From NCBI GenBank assembly GCA_050293845.1, contig JBNKNM010000088.1, positions 1 through 20,557 on the forward strand: a stretch of DNA of 20,557 nucleotides, in the 5' to 3' direction. Every line of letters begins with the position of its first letter. The stretch's first letter is position 1. Made by a program: the position numbers and the translations under genes. The notes under the pieces are model-generated. The model was given only the letters and a program-made list of their open reading frames with translations, was not told the origin of the DNA and searched no databases. The DNA comes from Pseudobacteriovorax sp. (GTDB lineage Bacteria; Bdellovibrionota_B; Oligoflexia; Oligoflexales; Oligoflexaceae). Shown piece by piece: positions 16,003-20,557 of the stretch.

Positions 16003-16117
16003 GGTTATCTTTTGCCGAACTTGCCGTGACTTTTTCACCAGATATGGCAATCTCTTAGATAAGCATCAGCTGCATCCAAGAAATTTGGACTCGGTTTTCA
16101 GCCAAACCACTCTTATC

Positions 16118-17200
16118 TCAGCAGCAATGAAAAAGAAAAATTTTTGCTACTTTGAGAGCGCTTTCTGGGTCGTTCGGATAATCCATGTGTTGATAAAAGC
16201 TGCGTAACTGCTCAAGTTTCTTGATTTCCAAAGCCTCTTCGTGGAAGACTTTATAATGAGCTAACAAGAATAAAGAGTATCCTGATTTAAAAGCTCCAAT
16301 ATCAAATAATGAAAATCTCCAGGCTTGTTCTGTGAAGCGTGAGTATTGCTCTGTAAATAATATCAAACTGGTCCGATGACGGTTTAAGAAGTTAAGAGCA
16401 TTAGAACGACTTTTTAAATCACAATAGTTGAGCATTTTTATTAAATAAGAAGGATAAAAAATTTCTTCCATTCTGTTCAACTGCCATTTTTCTGCTAATT
16501 CGAGTTCAATTGATCGTATTGCAGGTTCACTAACGATGGCTTGAAGACTGAGTTGGTCTGTAATAGGGGTATCCTCTTGAGTCCCTTGGGATAACTTCGT
16601 TTCATAGGCTTTTATTTGGCTCTTAATTGAGGAGAACTCTTGATCAGCTAGCTCCAAAAGGCCGGCCAAACGGGAGAAGCGGCGGCGTATCCCAGAGGGT
16701 ACCGATTCTGGAAATTTGTATCCGAGATCATGCTCAATTTCAGCCCATGTATGCTGAAGGATAGTTCGAATTTGGATTTCGAAGCTGTAAGGAGAATTTT
16801 TTTCCAAACGACAGATGTAATGCAAAGATCTATAGCCAAACACTTTGGGATCTTGAGCGAGCCGCTTATCGATAGAGTTGTCATAGTCAATGTGAAAAGC
16901 TTGCTCAATTATTTTACCGACAACATCGATATCTTCTTCGAAATAAGTTACTATTCTGAATCCAATAAGATCAGTGATATCGGATAAGCTCTGATAGATC
17001 TTATCAGGCCGTGCTAATTTCCCAGATAGACTTGATGGCGACTTTAAACGGCTATTAACACCATGAACTTTCAGGCTTTCAGCTTTTAGGTTGTTGTGGA
17101 TCTCTTGTTCAATTATAGGGATTTTTTCTTTTAATTCGTCCACAACCTGTTGAAAGTGGTCAAGAATTTGCTGATTTATCACTGGGTATCCTCTGTTCAT
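16118..17200 (-). CDS. Small alarmone synthetase / GTP pyrophosphokinase (RelA/SpoT synthetase domain) with C-terminal extension
   Basis: SRLKSPSSL..KL, DITDLIGFRIV, GYRSLHY, EIQIRTILQHTWAEIEHDLGYK. No HD hydrolase, TGS or ACT domain. Confidence 0.93.
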   Translation of the reverse strand: MNRGYPVINQQILDHFQQVVDELKEKIPIIEQEIHNNLKAESLKVHGVNSRLKSPSSLSGKLARPDKIYQSLSDITDLIGFRIVTYFEEDIDVVGKIIEQAFHIDYDNSIDKRLAQDPKVFGYRSLHYICRLEKNSPYSFEIQIRTILQHTWAEIEHDLGYKFPESVPSGIRRRFSRLAGLLELADQEFSSIKSQIKAYETKLSQGTQEDTPITDQLSLQAIVSEPAIRSIELELAEKWQLNRMEEIFYPSYLIKMLNYCDLKSRSNALNFLNRHRTSLILFTEQYSRFTEQAWRFSLFDIGAFKSGYSLFLLAHYKVFHEEALEIKKLEQLRSFYQHMDYPNDPESALKVAKIFLFHCC

Positions 17201-17293
17201 GATCCAAAGAAATAAACCTAGAATAACTCTTGGCAGAAAAAATCGCTATCATCTATGCTTGTATAGGTATTCATTATTGAGAGAGACTTCGTT

Positions 17294-18256
17294 GTGTTCA
17301 AGCCAATAAAACTTCTGCGCTGGCCTAGCTTGCAAACAGTACTGCCGACATTTTGGCCTTTGCCTAAGGCTCCCGTTGATTATTGGCTGGATGTGGTCTT
17401 GAGTGATGGTGATGTTTTGCGCAATGGCATCAATATTCCGAGCCCGGAAATCCAGCAAATGAAGGGAATCATCCTTTCTATACATGGCTTAACAGGATGT
17501 TCTGATTCCAATTATAATAGGAGGCTCAATTCTAAAATTATAACACAAGGTTATATATTTTGCCGGATGAATCTGCGTGGTTGCGGCCCTGGAAAGGGGC
17601 TAGCGAAAAAAACTTATCACGCGGGTCAGATAGACGATCTTCACGAGCTTATACTCAAGCTGGCGTCCCAGTTTCCTAATCAGCCTATCTTCTTAATGGG
17701 GTTTTCGCTGGGCGCAAATCTGATGCTGCGGTATCTTGGGATGAAAAAACAAGAGATTCCCGATGCCGTTAAAAGTTTTATGGCTGTCTCTCCCCCATTT
17801 GACCTTACGGCGTCATCAGAACATCTCAAAAAAGATCATCATTACTGGGATCGCTACTTCGTTAGGAGGCTTATTAGCTCCGTTTACGAATTACACGAAA
17901 AATATCCTGAGCTCGGGCAAGTCCGTTTTCCTAGTCAATGTAGCTTGGCTGATTTTGACGATATTTACACTGCACCCCGGCATGGTTTCGGTACGGTAGA
18001 AAAGTACTACAGTACTTGTAGCTGTGGTCATTATTTGCATGATATAACCATCCCGGGGCATATCATTGGAGCATACGATGACCCTATAGTGAGTTACAAA
18101 GATATCCCTCATGTACCCCAGCATATTGCGCTTCATCTGAGCCGTTATGGTGGCCATTGTGGCTTTATCGGTGAGAATCTAGGAAAAAAATTTTTCTGGC
18201 TAGACGATTTTATTCTAACATGGTTAGAACGTAATGGGCCTTTTGTTGGTAACTGA
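17294..18256 (+). CDS. YheT-family alpha/beta hydrolase
   Basis: F.P...LQT N-terminus, HGLTGCS.S.Y, NLRGC, YHAG..DD, nucleophile GFSLG, FDD.YTAP.HGF, DDP, GGHCGF. Confidence 0.9.
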   Translation: MFKPIKLLRWPSLQTVLPTFWPLPKAPVDYWLDVVLSDGDVLRNGINIPSPEIQQMKGIILSIHGLTGCSDSNYNRRLNSKIITQGYIFCRMNLRGCGPGKGLAKKTYHAGQIDDLHELILKLASQFPNQPIFLMGFSLGANLMLRYLGMKKQEIPDAVKSFMAVSPPFDLTASSEHLKKDHHYWDRYFVRRLISSVYELHEKYPELGQVRFPSQCSLADFDDIYTAPRHGFGTVEKYYSTCSCGHYLHDITIPGHIIGAYDDPIVSYKDIPHVPQHIALHLSRYGGHCGFIGENLGKKFFWLDDFILTWLERNGPFVGN

Positions 18257-18297
18257 TTGAAGTGACCAGTTTCGTTAATTTCTGGAAGGGTGTGAGC

Positions 18298-20394
18298 ATG
18301 AAGTTGCTGACTGTGATTCTCTTAGTGTTTGTGGCTGGGGTGTCAATATATTTATTTCAAAATGAAAATAATTCATTAAATGATGATTTGTGGCTCGAAG
18401 AAGTTACAGGCGAAAAAGCCCTCCACTGGGTTAAAACTGAGAACCAACGAACTACATCGCACCTAGAGCAGAACCCAAATTTTTCGACCATTCAAGAGGA
18501 AGCAGCCAGCATTCTCATGAGCCGTGATAAGCTAATTTCTGGATCTCAGTTTGATGGCTATTTTTTTAATTTTTGGCAAGATGGGAAAAACATTAAGGGT
18601 CTTTGGAGACGGCAACTATGGTCAGACTTTCTCGCTGGCAAAAAAAACTGGGAAAACTTAATCGATTTTGATCAGCTGTCACATGTTGAAAATAGAAGCT
18701 GGGTTTTTAAAGGGGCCAATTGTCTTAAAGGCTCCACACGTTGCTTGATAAACTTATCTGATGGTGGCAAGGATGCTAGTTCTCTTAGAGAATATGATCT
18801 GGTGAGCAAGTCCTTTGTAACGGGGGGGTTTAGTGCACCGGCATCAAAGTCCGAGTATATTTGGAAAAATTTGGATGAGATCTTGGTGGCATCTACCTTT
18901 GGTGATGATAGTATCACTGACTCCGGTTACGCTAAAAAAATTAAGGTATGGAAAAGAGGACTTGCATTGGAATCCTCTCCGAGCATTTTTGATGGCCAAC
19001 AAAAGGATGTATCAGTTTGGGTGCGAAGGATGGAAGATGGTGACAAGCATCATTTCTTATTAGGCCGTGCCAAAACTTTTTTCACATCTACTTATTTTCT
19101 TTATCATGATAATCAAGCAATAGATCTAAATTTGCCTGAAGATGCAGAGCTTCAAACTATCATCAATGGAAAGATGGTATTATTGCTGAAATCAAAGTCA
19201 ATGGGTATGGATTCGGGTGATTTAGTTTCCTTAGCCGTTGAAGATGCTTTATCTGGGAATTTAAAGGCTACATTGATTTTTCGGCCCCATAGCCGGCAAG
19301 CAGTGGAAAAAGTTCGTGCTACCAAAGATCAGCTATTAGTTAGTTACTTAGATGATGTGAAAGGTCGACTGGCCGTCTTTACTTTCGGTGCAGGAAAGTG
19401 GGTATCTAAGACTCTTGCATTTGAAGATAACGCAAGTATCGGCATATTCGGTACGGATAGTGACAGCAACGAATTTTTATCGACTTCTCAAAATTTTATC
19501 ACTCCGCCCACACTATATGTGATCAATAGTCAAACTCATAGTAAGAAAGTATTGCAGCAGCTCCCTGCATCTTTTGATGCCACAGACCTTATTGTAAAGC
19601 AGGTATTTACCACTAGCAAAGATGGAACTCGGATACCCTACTTTCTGATTCATAACAAGGATATTGCCTTGGATGGTACCAATCCAACTGTTCTTTATGG
19701 TTACGGTGGGTTCGAAATTTCCTTAAATCCTTTTTATTTGGGTCCTATTGGAAAAATTTGGCTTGAAAGGGGTGGTGTCTATGCTGTGGCAAATATTCGT
19801 GGTGGGGGAGAGTATGGTCCTAAATGGCATCAAGCAGCTTTAAAGAAGAATCGTCATCTTGCCTATCAGGACTTTATTAGTGTCGCAGAAGATTTAATTG
19901 CTAGCAAAGTCAGCTCTCCCGAGAAACTTGCTATTCGCGGTGGCAGTAATGGCGGCTTGTTAGTAGGTGCTGTGGCTATGCAACGACCTGATTTGTTTAA
20001 AGGTGTCCTGTGCTTAGTCCCACTTCTTGATATGCTGCGTTTTCATGAATTATTGGCAGGAGCCAGTTGGATGGGTGAGTATGGAAATCCTGAAGATGCT
20101 GATATGAACCAATATATTAAAACCTATTCACCCTATCAAAACTTGGCCACTTCAGGGGAGTATCCTGAAATATTCTTTATTACATCAACTAAAGACGATC
20201 GTGTTCATCCCGGCCATGCCAGGCGTATGGCTCATAAAATGCAGACTTTTAATCACCCATTTTATTACTATGAAAATATCGAGGGAGGGCACAGTGCTAG
20301 TGCAAATCTCAAGCAAACAAGTTATCGATACGCCCTTGAATTTACCTATTTAATGGAAAAAATTGGTCTCGCTAATAACCATCAAAATGGATAA
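18298..20394 (+). CDS. Exported prolyl oligopeptidase (S9A)
   Basis: WLEEV..., SKDGTRIPY, LYGYGGF, NIRGGGEYG..WH, catalytic GGSNGG, DDRVHP and GGH. The ATG at 18298 precedes a signal/TM segment. Confidence 0.95.
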   Translation: MKLLTVILLVFVAGVSIYLFQNENNSLNDDLWLEEVTGEKALHWVKTENQRTTSHLEQNPNFSTIQEEAASILMSRDKLISGSQFDGYFFNFWQDGKNIKGLWRRQLWSDFLAGKKNWENLIDFDQLSHVENRSWVFKGANCLKGSTRCLINLSDGGKDASSLREYDLVSKSFVTGGFSAPASKSEYIWKNLDEILVASTFGDDSITDSGYAKKIKVWKRGLALESSPSIFDGQQKDVSVWVRRMEDGDKHHFLLGRAKTFFTSTYFLYHDNQAIDLNLPEDAELQTIINGKMVLLLKSKSMGMDSGDLVSLAVEDALSGNLKATLIFRPHSRQAVEKVRATKDQLLVSYLDDVKGRLAVFTFGAGKWVSKTLAFEDNASIGIFGTDSDSNEFLSTSQNFITPPTLYVINSQTHSKKVLQQLPASFDATDLIVKQVFTTSKDGTRIPYFLIHNKDIALDGTNPTVLYGYGGFEISLNPFYLGPIGKIWLERGGVYAVANIRGGGEYGPKWHQAALKKNRHLAYQDFISVAEDLIASKVSSPEKLAIRGGSNGGLLVGAVAMQRPDLFKGVLCLVPLLDMLRFHELLAGASWMGEYGNPEDADMNQYIKTYSPYQNLATSGEYPEIFFITSTKDDRVHPGHARRMAHKMQTFNHPFYYYENIEGGHSASANLKQTSYRYALEFTYLMEKIGLANNHQNG

Positions 20395-20557
20395 AAAATT
20401 GGTTCCGGTGGGGGCTGCCATCATTGCACGTGCCGGGCGGTACTTTATCGCCCGCAAAGCGCCAGGTAAAAAAAAGGAAGGCTGGTGGGAGTTTCCAGGT
20501 GGTAAGCTTGAGCCTGGGGAAACAATATTTTGCTGCATTAAGCGAGAGATGGTTGAG
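20387..20557 (+). CDS. Nudix hydrolase, MutT/NudG-like (partial, runs off the window end)
   Basis: Manual translation gives MDKKLVPVGAAIIARAGRYFIARKAPGKKKEGWWEFPGGKLEPGETIFCCIKREMVE, containing the Nudix box G-x5-E-x7-RE. Overlaps the peptidase gene by 8 nt and is absent from the ORF track. Confidence 0.92.
   Translation, partial: MDKKLVPVGAAIIARAGRYFIARKAPGKKKEGWWEFPGGKLEPGETIFCCIKREMVE

Noticed and set aside
17231..17247. Sigma-54 promoter TGGCAG...TCGCT before the YheT-like gene
   Set aside because: GG-to-GC spacing is 11 nt, whereas sigma-54 requires 10.
20350..20538. 62-aa minus-strand ORF at the window end
   Set aside because: It is antisense to the clear Nudix-box gene on the plus strand.

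Overview
AT-rich bacterial chromosomal window holding 15 complete CDS and one partial CDS at the right edge. I see no rRNA, tRNA, CRISPR array, integrase or transposase. Recognisable genes are a 5'-3' (flap) exonuclease, the cobB sirtuin, a DUF2007-like small protein coupled to a receiver-TPR regulator, a 1097-aa repeat lipoprotein, a tandem USP, a TonB-dependent receptor, a DEDDh exonuclease, a pentapeptide-repeat protein, an SDR, a small RelA/SpoT synthetase, a YheT-like hydrolase, a prolyl oligopeptidase and a MutT-like Nudix gene missed by the ORF track. Gene style suggests Bdellovibrionota/Oligoflexia (inference only). The most unusual part is 11.6-15.0 kb, a cluster of exported proteins that probably bind metal or carry electrons: a His-depleted ZrgA/DUF2796-like protein, a His/Cys-motif lipoprotein and a monoheme cytochrome c lipoprotein with no distal Met. 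Its divergent control region has a sigma-54 promoter, candidate enhancer palindromes and a near-consensus sigma-28 promoter. A second sigma-28-like promoter sits inside a terminator hairpin. This cluster is my best candidate for an undescribed system, but it is a hypothesis and no database search was run.
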